In this document: in pieces, positions 51,640 to 64,000 of the stretch | Layout: each line of letters opens with the position of its first letter | How positions within the stretch are numbered: the stretch's first letter is position 1 | Assembly: GCF_006345805.1 (NCBI RefSeq) | Contig: NC_043000.1 | Location: 54,932,001-54,996,000, forward strand | Length of the DNA: 64,000 nucleotides | Direction: 5' to 3' | DNA from: Octopus sinensis | Taxonomy: Eukaryota | Notes under the pieces: model-generated | Database searches by the model: none | What the model saw: the letters and a program-made list of their open reading frames with translations, nothing else | Told to the model about the DNA's origin: nothing | Translations under genes and position numbers: made by a program

Positions 51640-52950
51640 GTTTCAGGACATATCAGTAGCAGTCAAAATTTCCAACGGTAGTAGTGATAGGGCTAGATGT
51701 ACATCTCTGTCTTCTGGGCTTTGGCACTATAATGTACAAGCTGAAAACTGTATGATAAAAGAAACTCTGTCGAAAGTCTGAGAGGAAAAGTACTATTGAA
51801 AAATACTGGTGTTGCCATTAACGCCATCCCGGCTATGATAATGGATTTTGCTATATTATTTTCACACACACACTCGCACATACACATACACACACAAACA
51901 CACGCACACACAGATACACACACATACATATAATTGTGAAGTTTTAGATATTATAGCTAAATTTCTGGCAGTGAGACCTTATGCAAAAATCAAAGAAAAT
52001 AAAGTAACGAAGTAAAACTTATGTAATGGGTCAAACTAACAGTTCTCCTTAGAATATTAAACTAGGCAAATATTTTATGAAAGGGCTATTCATTATAACA
52101 ATAAACATGAAGCTTTAGACATATTTCCTCTGGGAAAAAATTACTTTAACATGAGTTTCAACTGACAATAAAATAAATGAGAATTGTATGTTGTGTTTTT
52201 ACTCCGATGGGAATGTTTTACATATGTATTCATTTGCTTTTTCATTAGCGTGCTATTGAATTTATATTCATATATAAATTCAATACGACTATTCTGTGAG
52301 GTTCATATGACAAATTTAAATCCAGATATGACTTTGATTTATTCTTATTCTCATCGGATGTCCATAAATTACAAGTGTAATTTGTTTAACAAAAAGTGCC
52401 AGTCAATTACAAAATATTTCTGTCAAAAACTAAACTTTGCCGTCATTAGAAATCACATTTATTGCTCAAAGACAGAAGAAATATTGAGCGGAGTGGAGTC
52501 GGTCGACGTTTGTGTAAATATGTTTGGAAATAGCAAATCTATTCAAAAGTATTGTACATTCTTAGATGTTTTTTTCTGCGTAAAGTTTAGAGGACGGTGC
52601 AAGAATTGTTTTCGAAATACCAGTTTGATAAACATAGATTATAACCTTCATATTCAGGTATTTCGCTCGCCATCACGCTGCAATAGATTCATAAATACAT
52701 GAATCTTCAAGAGTAATTACTGCAATACAGCCTTCTCCTTGATTGTCAAATATGGCGTCCTAATATCGTATTTTTAAAAGTATATGTGAGCAGCACTCTT
52801 AAAACCATTAAAACATACAAAGAGCTTTCTTCTTATGGAAGGAATTAGAGAATGTTAGCGAGAATATTAACATATGCCGCGCTTGATTCTTTTCAATTTT
52901 CAACTTATATTCCGATACATATGCCTTCAGTAATTATTCAGTTGTGCAAT
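51640..52950 (+). pseudogene. Decayed LRR remnant
   Basis: VLLKNTG, EVLDI, LRILN, KVP/QKLNFA..NHI, CFRNTSLINIDYNL (ORF 52184), NLQE*LLQY. Confidence 0.6.
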
Positions 52951-53008
52951 ACACACACACACATAAACGTACATACATAAACACACACACACACACACAC
53001 GCACACAT

Positions 53009-53096
<88 letters not shown>

Positions 53097-53192
53097 ATAT
53101 ATTAATAATAATAATAATGACAACAAAAGAATGACACCTCGATATTATGTAAATAGAGGAATTTATATATCTATATATATATATACACACAC

Positions 53193-53573
53193 ACTAACAA
53201 TGCATTCCGGCGTTGCCAGGTGTTATGACCTATAAGTACATTATATTATTTACTCCTTTCTTATGGCAGAATTGGCACTGCTGATATATAGGATAATGGA
53301 AGTTATTGTCTGTTTAATATTGAAGGGCGAGTGTGCAATTTACATGGATTTGCATTAAAGTGCATTGTTCTTAAGCAGGATAAGAAGCTATGCATTATTT
53401 CATCGTATAAAAAGGGGTTAATGCGATTTTGTCCAGAAATCCAATTTTGAAAATTTTGATTTTCCCCCTCCAACGCAATTTCATAATTTATAAATTTTTC
53501 GATTTTTTTTTCTTTATCGTTGCTTTTTTCTTTTCTGTGTAGAAAAACACAGAGAATACGAATCTCAGAAATG

Positions 53574-53652
<79 letters not shown>

Positions 53653-54300
53653 CAGAGAGAGAGAGAGTTTAATTTTTCTTAAACAAACACTCCCTTCCTC
53701 CACCTCATACACTCATCACCAACCAGCTGTCAAAATGCCAAAATCTACCAATTTTTCACTTTTCCTGATTTTTCCAGCATCAGTGGAATTCTACTGAAAT
53801 AGTAAACTTAAAAAATACCAGATCACCACCAGAAAACCAGACATGCTGGAAGCAACAGCTAAAAGGTATCATTTTTTAAGAAACTTCCTCGGTTTCGAGA
53901 AGGTTAAAAGTGAAACATTGGGAGTGTGTAGCTTTTTGAAAGTGATGATGTGATGGGTAAATTTCTTAAAGATTCATACTCTCTGTTTTTCCTCTATGGA
54001 TTACGAAGAATAAAAAATTGAAAAAAGTAGAAAAAAAAATATTTGGTGTCGAGAGGGAGAAAATCAAAATATTGAGAACGTGTTTTGTGGGTGAAATCCT
54101 AATCTCCTCCATCGCAACATAGGAATCGGAAGAAATTTAGGAAAAAATTAAGGTGGGGTGCGGAAATGTCACTTCGGACATGCTAGAAAGAAGAGTTAAA
54201 GGACAAAATTTGTGGGAAGACTTCCTTTTAAGTTTATATCGAAGATCAGGTTTTTAAATATGCTCATCACAAACACAAATTACACAATAGAAAAACGTAA
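53193..54300 (-). mobile_element. Helitron-like non-autonomous element
   Basis: Hairpin ccggcgttgccagg near the left end, similar to the 21340 element; internal repeats; right boundary uncertain. Confidence 0.4.
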
Positions 54301-54732
54301 TTTCAATTAGATTTGAGCTGTAAATGTCCACATGCACACGGCAAGAATGACATAATACGCACAGAAGATTTTACCTAGAGCGTGTGTATTTGTGTGCGTG
54401 TGTGTGCATTATTTCTTTTGAAGAAGCAAAGTGGTCACCTCGACATATACGGGATCATATGATTGTTCATAAATTTCCGTAAAATTGTTTTAATGTCTGT
54501 ATGCTTTGAAGAAAGCAGAAATTGAAAGAAAGGATACAGTGAAAAGGCAACATTTGCTTTGAAGTGAGAGGATAAAGTAAAAGAGAGCAGAAGGTGTAAG
54601 ATGTACGTGTATATGAAATGGACGAGTGTGTGAAAGAAAGAGAGAAATAGATACTGAGTGAGTGAAGGTGAATGTGTTGTGACGTATGAATTTTTTGCAT
54701 GTCGGTATAAGCAGCACTCACTCACTCACTCA

Positions 54733-54773
<41 letters not shown>

Positions 54774-54949
54774 TATCTTTCATATATGCGTTCATAAATA
54801 GGCGGAGGGGAAGAATACACGTAACCTTAACCCTAAACCCTGGAAGTACGTATTCTTTACTTCGCCCATATATACATATGCATACATCGTTTTCGTGTGT
54901 GTGTGAGAGAGAAAGAGAGTGTAAAAGAATGTATTTCCTCATAACATAG

Positions 54950-57085
54950 AAACAATGTCTTTTAATGTTTTTTTTTGTTTTTTTGCTGTGGCTTATTTCA
55001 ATACAATATTTGTGTACATTTAGATAAATGTTTGAGCAGAATCCTCTGCATGCATGAAACACCTGACGAAAGTGATACAATCAAATCGAAATATTGCCCG
55101 AAAATGACCTCAAAATTGTGTGACCTCACCTAGGCTGTTTTAGTTATAAAAGAGAGTTGAGTCAAAAACATAGTTTATTTGGTATGTAGATAATTAGCAG
55201 CCTTCTTTATTATAATAAAGTTGTGACTGATTCGAAGAAACATTAGTCATTATTCACACAACATCACTCTCGTACTGCAACACTTTGTAATTTTGGTTGC
55301 TAATGAAACCTGGTCGTTGTAGAGAAGATTATTTGAAATAACTATGAAAATAGAAAGTCACCAACTTAGCAAAAGTTACTACACGTCACAAGTGTAACAA
55401 AGTGCAGAAATTCAACATTTATTTGGAACATGAACTAAATGTTATAAAATTCACGATTGAATGTGACGGTGAAGAGAGTGAAAGTCCAAGAATATTCAGA
55501 AGGCATAATTCGATTTTTCGTACAAAAATGATTTATTTTACAAATTTGAAACGAACGCTGAACCAAATGTATAGAAAGAAAGATGATGTTCTTGTGAACG
55601 CTAATTCAAAATATTTGCTAAAGGATGTATGTAACAAGGTATAAATTCATTTGACGTTACTATATATACTATGTATCTTTTAACTGTGTAACGTTATAGG
55701 CTGTAGAATAAATTCTAACGCAGTAAAATGGTTGTGCGGCGTTGGTACTCGCAGTGATGAAGAAGCATAGGATGTATATAAGAACTGTTAACAAAACTTT
55801 ATCTTGAAACTAGCTAGAAGGAGTGGAATAACATTTTTGTAATTATATTGAAAGAGTCGCTGAGACTTTCAACCTCGCCAAGTTTCCGAATTTGCTAAAA
55901 TAACCAGAATAAAAAAAATTCAGATATACTTGCGCGTATTGTGAGTGGTGTTAAATCAGCCACATCATCTTGGTAGTACCTGAAACTGAACGTTGCTGAT
56001 CGTTTGAAGTCCAGACCGCAAGTAAATCTTCAATATCCACGTGTTTCACTGTTGGGGAGGGGGAATTACATACATAACCTAAGAAACACACACTTATACA
56101 TTAACGCACATCTGAAACCTATTTCTGTTCCTATGTGTGTGTGTGTGTGCCTCTGTCTTCAGACGTGTGTGTGTGTCACAGTCGTCACAAAATTTATGTA
56201 TACTGACAGACACACATCGCCGCACACATATACTTGTCAGTCATGGGCTTAACGTAGGTAAGGAATACGCAAATGCACTTATATAGAAAATGTGACGTCA
56301 GCGTCGTTGTGGTGGTGATACAAAATAATGTTTACGATAGGTGGCTGAATGATAATGTGAAGTTTTGCAATACAAATATGTGAATGAAAATATAGTTTAG
56401 TTAGTAGCCAAAAGCTTACTAAATCTTTCGGTGCCCCATACGTCAAAATCGGCAACTCTGTTTTGGGAAGCATAAGGAACATACGCACTCACATACTCAC
56501 ATACAAACTCTCTTGTGTGTGTGTATGTGTGTGTGTGTGTGTGCATCTTAAAATATACATTTATGAGTTTATCGTTTATGAATATATTATATATAAGTGT
56601 GAATATATATGTATTCATATATTTTTTTATTATACAAATGCATATGTGTGTGGTGTGTGTATGTTATTTGTTAATAAGTTGAAGAAGAATTAAAAGAAAC
56701 GGCGGTAGTTTAACTCAATGCTTTACGGACGTATTGAAATTGAATAATATATATGATGTTGCTAAAAGTTTCTTTATACAAAGGAAATTTGGGTATGAAA
56801 TATTCATCGGTTACTTTTATAATAATTTGCCATGTGTGTACTAGTAGTATATATATTGAATAGATATATTTTGTATGATTTTGATAACATTGTCTAAAAG
56901 ATGCTACCTCTTCATTTAATCTTGGCTACTGTAGTTTTAATTGTGTGTCTTTCACACAATTTCAGCAATCGGTATCCAATAATCGTCAACTGTTTAGACC
57001 CTAAACCATACCACCCTACCTTTGTTGGATCAGCAACGTTGGTCAAATCATTCCTCATCATCTTAATTTTACTTCCAGATTAAAT
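54950..57085 (+). pseudogene. Second TLR pseudogene portion: LRRs, cap, TIR (truncated by a LINE)
   Basis: YNQIEILPEND (55076), FTNLKR, LTKLYL, NLQY; RWLNDNVK cap; TIR box 1 KFGYEIFIGY..NNLPCV (56785-56838), DF.DNIV, VLIVCLSHNF and LIILILL (ORF 56901). Confidence 0.65.
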
Positions 57086-57920
57086 TACGCCTCGTGCTGA
57101 ACGACCAGCAAGAAGACCTTTCTGCTGCCTCAAATAGCCTGTGCACAGATACCATTCGCTCGTTTTCACTTATTCTAATGGATGTAAGCATTCTCTGTAG
57201 ACAGGCAATCCCTTACAGCCAAACTTGATTGTAAATATTCATCATTTATCCCTGCATTTCTCCAAATGTCTCTGGTACAGGTACGCTTCCATTCACAGGC
57301 TTCACCATATCTTTCTTCCTAGGTTACGTAAACTTGATCCCAATTATCCGATTATTATAATTTTTTTCTTTTTTGTTTGCCTTTTCAGAACACATAACTA
57401 TAATTGGGCTCTAGGTTATCTGGTTGACATGGTAAAACTTCTCTATCGTCTCTTCAATGACTTTATTGCCGGCGTTGCTTTCCTTACTGTTGGTGTTTCA
57501 TGTATTTCCTGTCCTAAAATGTGAGCGTGCATGCTGTTAAAACCTTGCCATGTATCTCCCTTGGGTAAGTGTTGTTTGCGCCGTGACAAGATGTGTACCG
57601 CAGTGTCCCTTTTTCCGCAGTCTATACAGATGGTTCACCTTCATATTCCATCTGTGCAAGTTTCCTTAGCGTCTATTAGATGTGCGATACAGCAACTGCA
57701 GAGGGAGAAAGATGCCGAAAGTTTCCATAGGTCTTTCCGTGTGATCTTTCGATTGAGGACGTCGCATTTGATTCAGGCTCCCTTGGATACCAGCTCCACA
57801 TCACTTGACCTCCTTTCGTCTGTCTGTATTATTGCTTCCTTTTTCCCTGATATGTGCCTTCCTCCATTGTTGGAAATAGGAAAAGCAGCGGCCATGCAGT
57901 TTTATGCATTCAAAGTGTAG
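57086..57920 (-). mobile_element. HERO/NeSL-like RLE non-LTR retrotransposon, 3' fragment
   Basis: Reverse strand: KGA*..VLNRKITRKDLW, CIDCGKR..HILS, FGCKG, EAAERSSCW. Confidence 0.7.
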
Positions 57921-58068
57921 CTTCAACATGATTTTAGACCGGTAGTTTGTGTGTGTACAGGCGCGCGCGTGTATGTGCGTGTATGCATATATATATTCAT
58001 TCAAATATGCACATGCATATAAATGTATAAAACACATACATACGCACACAAGCGCATAAACATAATTG

Positions 58069-58276
58069 CTAATATATTGAAGAAAATTAGAAAGGTATGC
58101 CAGTTGTTTAATTCAATGCTCAAGGGATATATTGAAATTGAAGAATATAAATGATGGCGCCGAAAATTTCTTCATAGAAATATAACATGGGTATCAATTA
58201 TTCATCAGTTACTTTTATAATCGTTGCAATGTGTATGATAGTATGATATATATTGAATTCATATATTTTGCATGAA
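58069..58276 (+). pseudogene. Diverged duplicate of the juxtamembrane/TIR box 1 segment
   Basis: Aligns with 56672-56880; reads YQLFISY at 58192. Confidence 0.6.
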
Positions 58277-58316
58277 ACATGCATTGATGTATAATCTCCC
58301 ACGTATATAAATAAAT

Positions 58317-58354
<38 letters not shown>

Positions 58355-58424
58355 GAAAAAACAAGTCAAAATAGAAAATGCTAAAATAATTTTATAAAGA
58401 TAATTTTATAATTTTATACTTCAC

Positions 58425-58458
<34 letters not shown>

Positions 58459-58483
58459 GTGAAGTATATTTGCCATCTATCTA

Positions 58484-58518
<35 letters not shown>

Positions 58519-58589
58519 GGTGGGGTGTTTGTGTGTGTATGTATGTATGTATAAAAACATAAGCATGAATATGAATATATACATTAGTG

Positions 58590-60447
58590 TGTCTGTTTCA
58601 ATGTACATGGCATTTGAATAATTGACCACCTAGTGTGATATGTTGAAATCGTTATATGGCATTTATTTAAATTCACTGATAGTCTATCATATAATATGAT
58701 TCATTTTTCTGAGTTTGTGTAATAATTGTGTTGTAAGAAGTCTATTTCAGGTCGAAACCATAATATTCAAATAGGAAATCTGTTGAAAATTTCATATCTC
58801 AGTCATTAACGAACCTTACATTAGTGGTTTTCCTGGAGTCATACATAATATACAGGCGAGAACCTTTGAACAAGTCATGTAATTTTCACCCAATTGTATA
58901 TTCATGACTAACTTAAACACCCACTATACTTTACGAAACATTTACTAATAAACCTCTGCAGGAAAAAAATCCTTGATCCCTCGAAGAGATCAAGCTCAAC
59001 AGAATTGCTTAGTGCTACACCGATACACTTCATTCAAACCGATATAACCAGTATATAACTCACAACAATCTAGCAGCAGACACAAAATGATAGGACGTAA
59101 TTGTGATACGGTATAACGCGGCAGAGATTCATGTCAATGTCTAAAACTAATCCTGTCAAATATTCTTCACGTCAACTTCAAATCCTTTCCTAAATGCCCA
59201 TATTTTTAATTGCCCAAAGTATACTAAGGAAAATTAATCATATTGCTGAGCCTAAAACCGTTTTTATTTTTGGATATTTTTCAAAAATTAATACTTATCG
59301 AAATTTTAAAATTTGGTATATTAATGTAGTTTTCCGAGCTGAATTGCTGGAGGTATTTCAATTTTTCCAGAAAGAGTTTTTGTTTAAGTTATAGAAATGT
59401 AAAGTTTGTTTCATGTGAAATACATGAATTCAATAAATATATTTAAAGTTCTATCATTTTCACTCAATCAGGAAACAAGATTTCTAAGCTGTGATATTGT
59501 GCATGACAACACATTTTATCAACATCCTGAAAATAGGTGTTGTCAATATTTGTATTCTACACGTGGAAAATAAATAAATAACGTCTTTGTAGTTTTAAGC
59601 ATTCAATAAGCATTTAATGCGATAAACAGCACATTACAAATTAAATATTTTTTTTTATCCATTTAAGCATTCGATAAGCATCTCGTATGCGTAAAACAGT
59701 AAAACACATCGTCAGCTAGTTGTTTCAATATATTTGCCAACCCGTGCTTTCTCGCAGACAAAAAGGTTCTCGCTCTTGGCTTGTTACTATGGAAACAGGC
59801 ATGAATGTATGTGGTTTACTATTGGCTAAAATTACCCAAAGTTTTCAGACTTTAATAGCGGATGTTTAACTTTTGACCTACAAATTTAAAAAATATTTTT
59901 TTGTAACTAAATACTTTCAAGCTTCAGGCACTGGTAGAAAGTATCATATAAAACATGTTTTACTCTTAGCATTTTTGAGAAAAACTTATATTTACGAAGT
60001 TATTTCACGTTAAACTTGTCCTATCTCGGTAATTTCAACCACTCAATGACGTGTATTCATCTGAATAATATTATTGCTGTTTTTTGTCAACAAGAACTCC
60101 GGCGGTGTATATGTCTGTGTATATATATACATTTGGAGAGAGATATAGAGTGAGAGAGATAGACAGGTAGGTAGAGAGATAGAGAGATAGATAAATAGAC
60201 AGACAGATAGATAGATTGATAGGCGGATAGATAGATAGAAACTTTGAAAGCGTGGAATATGTTTAGAATTTTAAGGACAAGGAAGTAAATTTCGAAGGCA
60301 GTAGAGCTGTAAGAACAGCAGAAATAATATTGCATATTGTTCTGAGACCGTTTAGCTTAAAGGTAGAGCCCTCAACCGGCATCTTAGGGGTACATGTTTG
60401 ACTCCCGTAACCACCTCGTGACAACTTTGCTCCAGTTCTGGTCTGTA

Positions 60448-60494
<47 letters not shown>

Positions 60495-62450
60495 TTTCTT
60501 TTTTCTGAAAGTAATATTCTAACAAATAATAGAGTTTCATAATTATTTTCGTCTGAGAGTAAATTGATTATGACTGGACTTGTACCCAGAATATCAGTAA
60601 CTGAAATACATTGTTGCTCCTCTAATAAGTTGAGACTTAAACATACATACACATATACATACACACACGCACGTACACACACGCACACATATATTGAAAT
60701 TTATATTGTTATTGATGTATATCTACTTTGTCAATTTTCTTACGACTATATTTTCACTGTAGAATAATCTGTTTTCAATTTTGCTCCACATCTTATCACT
60801 CAAACTTCTTACAAATAACGAAAGTAATGTAAATGATATATCTCTAAAAGATTATGTTATTGATATTGTTTTCAAGTGAAGACTTGGAAACATAGACCAC
60901 GGCATAATTATAGTGTAGATTATTAATAGAACGGCAATAGCTTCGACAGCGGTAAAAATTTAAAAGAAAGAAAGAAAGGAAGGAAGGAAGAAAGAAAGAA
61001 TAAAGGAAGAAGAAGAAGAAGAAGAAGAAATGAAGGAAGAACGAGAACACATTGCTTTATGAAATTTTAAAGAAAGAATAACATGTGAAGCATTTAAAAG
61101 AATGGGGATTTGTTTAATTAAATTAATCACTATATTTTCTTACCAAAAATATTTATGACAGTTAACTTATATTTAATAACAAAACAGGATTATTCCTGAG
61201 AATGTAATATATAATGTGCATGATAATTGCATTGCTATTCATTATAATTAAATAAAAGGGGAGATATTTCACAATATATCGAAATTATTCAAACAATAGG
61301 TATTATTATTAGTTACCTAACGTGCAGTTTCGAACTTGATAACTTGCCATTTTAACACTTACAGTGATCGCCAGTATAACTGCCTTCAGACACGAGAACT
61401 GATTTGAGATATCTGCAAGTGCAATTTCGTTTGTATTTACAAGAGTATAAACTGATTTTCACTCCAGCACTTACAGACAAACATAGACATGGTACATATT
61501 TTATTTTATATTTATCAATTTCAGATATTTTCATATGCATTGGCTTGGTGTGAAACTACATTAATTGAGAGCTCTATATCGATTAATATGGCATATAATT
61601 CAATATATGATGAACCTAAATATTGATTGATCTCTTTGTTTGTATATCGCAAGTCGATAACTGACAGGTCACTAGGTTAAGTTATAAAACGAATGCTACA
61701 ATAGCCAATTCGTCAACTGAGACTAAAATATAATGCTAAGTAATTATGATATAATGAAGCCATCGAGACGTGGGGCATCTGTTATTTGTCCTCCTAAATA
61801 TTTTGAAGAAATTCAACATTTGGTTATCTAATTTAAGCTTTATATCACTTCGTAGAATGTTTCATGGCCATTTAATTACTCGTGTACATTTTCATTCTTT
61901 TTATCTCTTTATTTTGTGGCGGACACCTTCAAAACTTTTAGAAGATACTTTACATGGGTCAGCTAATGTGAGCCATATGAATAAATACAATTAATTAGCT
62001 ATATCTAACACAATAATACCAATCTATAAGAACTTTGATAGAAACCGCTAAACATGCGATTTTATTAATTATAATTATATTAATTATAATTAGAAATGTA
62101 TTTAATTATAAGAATATTAATTGTTCCAAAGATAATTACAAATTCTTGTTATAATTACCATTATTCTATGGACGACACTAAGAGGGGAAAATAAAGGTGG
62201 AGGACATTGAAATAGGATTTCCAATCGCTATTCTTTGTATGTAATATCTTACATCATAATTTGCAAGTTTAAATTTGTCCATATTCATCGATATACTAGT
62301 CTGAATAAGAGTTACATGCTGATAACTTCTTCAAGGAATCTGCATTTTAGTACAACTAAATTTTTCATGATTCAAAGGCGACAGGTAAGAGATTATTGGC
62401 TACCTCAAAGTAAGAAAAAGAAGGATCGTTTCTATTCTAATTGATGCTGT
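58590..62450 (+). pseudogene. Decayed LRR remnants, interrupted by repeats
   Basis: SLSYNMI, YLQSLTNLTL, YITHNNL, KVLSFSLNQ, RNNIAY, FSYDYIFTVE*SVFNFAPHLIT, INMAYNSI, LKKFNIWLSNLSFI...MF. Confidence 0.62.
59628..60108. mobile_element. Unclassified non-coding insertion, probably a transposon derivative
   Basis: Interrupts the LRR remnants and differs in style; no diagnostic motif found. Confidence 0.3.
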
Positions 62451-62514
62451 TGCTTTTGTTTTATTTTGTTTATTTATTTTGGTTATATTGTTTTCGATAT
62501 TGTTGATACTTTTG

Positions 62515-62625
<111 letters not shown>

Positions 62626-62627
62626 AA

Positions 62628-64000
62628 CTACATAAGTAAATACGAGGATTTACAAATATGTATAACATACAGAACGCACGCAAGAATCCGACGTAAAACT
62701 CTTTCAATAGAGTGAAAATAAGAGCATCACAACAAACCAGTGAAAGCACGTGATGAAAATAAGACTACTGAATAATAAGGATTAGCTATGCTCTCGAAGG
62801 AAATTTCTGTGTTAGACTGAAAAGAGAAAGGAGAGCTGAAAAGAGAACAAAAATACAGGGCACTGAAAAGGAAGTATAATAGTGAAAGAAAGGGCATGGT
62901 AGTGGTAATGGAGGAATTGAAGCAGCGCCTCGTTGCATAGAAAGCAACGATGGTAAGATACGACCAAAGATGAAAGATTACCGCCAGAACAGAAGAGATT
63001 CTATAAAGAAATAAATGGAGAGTGTACACATGAAAAGTTGATACCAGATAACAATGTAAGTCAAAGGTTTTAGAGTGACATCTGGAGCAAAGACAAGGAG
63101 CACAAGGAAGATGCTGAATGGTTGCAAGAACTGAAATAAACAGTAGGCTGTCCAAAACCAGCAGAACTAGACATTTCAGTAAGGGAAGTGAAGGATGAGC
63201 AACTGGAAGGCCCTGGGTCTAGATGGAGTTCAAGGCTACTGGATCAAATGTTTTGGTGAATGTCATGCACAAATAGATGCGCAGCTTAACACCTTGTTAA
63301 ATGCTGACTAAGTGATTCCAGAGTGGTTGACATTGGGTAGGAAACGGACCTAGCAGCATACGGAAGATGTTTAGGGACAGTAGAAATCAGGATGGACATC
63401 TTCCTAGGGGATTACCTGTCCCCAATGATCTTTGTAATGTTCTTCATACCACTAAACCTGTTACTGAGGAAAGCAAAAGCTGGGTATGTATCCAAAGGCC
63501 CCCAACAAAAAGTCAAACGTTTGTTATTCATGGATGATCTCACACTTTATGGTTAAGATGAAACCCAAGTCAATTCCCTCGTTAATACGGTGTATTCTTT
63601 CAGTGCTGATATCAGAATGGAGTTCGGACTGAGAAAGTGCGGTATGTTAGACTTTAAGAGAGGCAAAATCAAATGTATGGACGGGCTATCGGTACCGACG
63701 GGGAGGTTATAAAGCAAATAGAAGAGATGGGCTATAAGTACTTGGGGATTTGGAAAAATAGACAAAATGATGGAGAAAGAAATGACAGAAAAAGTTAAGG
63801 TGGAGTACTTGCGCAGACTGAGACTTTTCTTAAGTTGAAATTAAACGGACGGAATAAGATTGAAGCTATCAACACCTGACTTGTTTCACCCCTTAGATAT
63901 GGAGCAGGGGTAATAGCATGGACAGGGGACGAAATAAACAGCTAAGACAAACGGACAAGGAAGTTTCTAACTAGATATGGGACGGATAGTCCGCCCAAAA
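62628..64000 (+). mobile_element. R4/Dong-clade LINE, RT remnant running off the window
   Basis: NWKA.G.DGVQGYWIK, IF.GD.LSPMIF, LLFMDDLTLYG, YKYLGI. Confidence 0.88.

Noticed and set aside
52184-52702. Intact 172-aa protein-coding gene
   Set aside because: Non-ATG start and only patchy LRR motifs, with adjacent motifs in other frames; treated as a pseudogene remnant.
54820-54845. Telomeric repeat (taaccttaaccctaaaccct)
   Set aside because: Only about three degenerate units, probably internal to a transposon remnant.

Overview
AT-rich, microsatellite-dense eukaryotic DNA, most likely from an octopod cephalopod judging by its tRNA-derived and Nin-domain SINEs, (AAT)n-associated R4/Dong LINEs and Penelope elements. 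I found no intact protein-coding gene, RNA gene or CRISPR array, and nearly all supplied ORFs are microsatellite or transposon artefacts. About half of the window is transposon debris: SINEs, R4/Dong, HERO and L1/Tx1 LINE fragments, Penelope elements with hammerhead-ribozyme motifs, Helitrons, Chapaev3, mariner/maT and hAT. The main hidden signal is that, with these insertions removed, almost all remaining unique DNA from about 400 to about 62450 translates on the + strand, across many stops and frameshifts, into leucine-rich-repeat motifs. LRR-CT caps run directly into new LRR-NT caps, and only two or three TIR-domain relics are visible (about 47.5-47.9 kb, 56.8-57.1 kb and a partial copy at 58.2 kb). 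This looks like a fossil, intron-poor Toll-like-receptor locus, possibly including a giant receptor made of concatenated ectodomain cassettes. A second notable item is a tRNA-headed, hammerhead-containing SINE with Penelope-type inverted structure and a 13-bp TSD. All translations were done by eye and boundaries are approximate.
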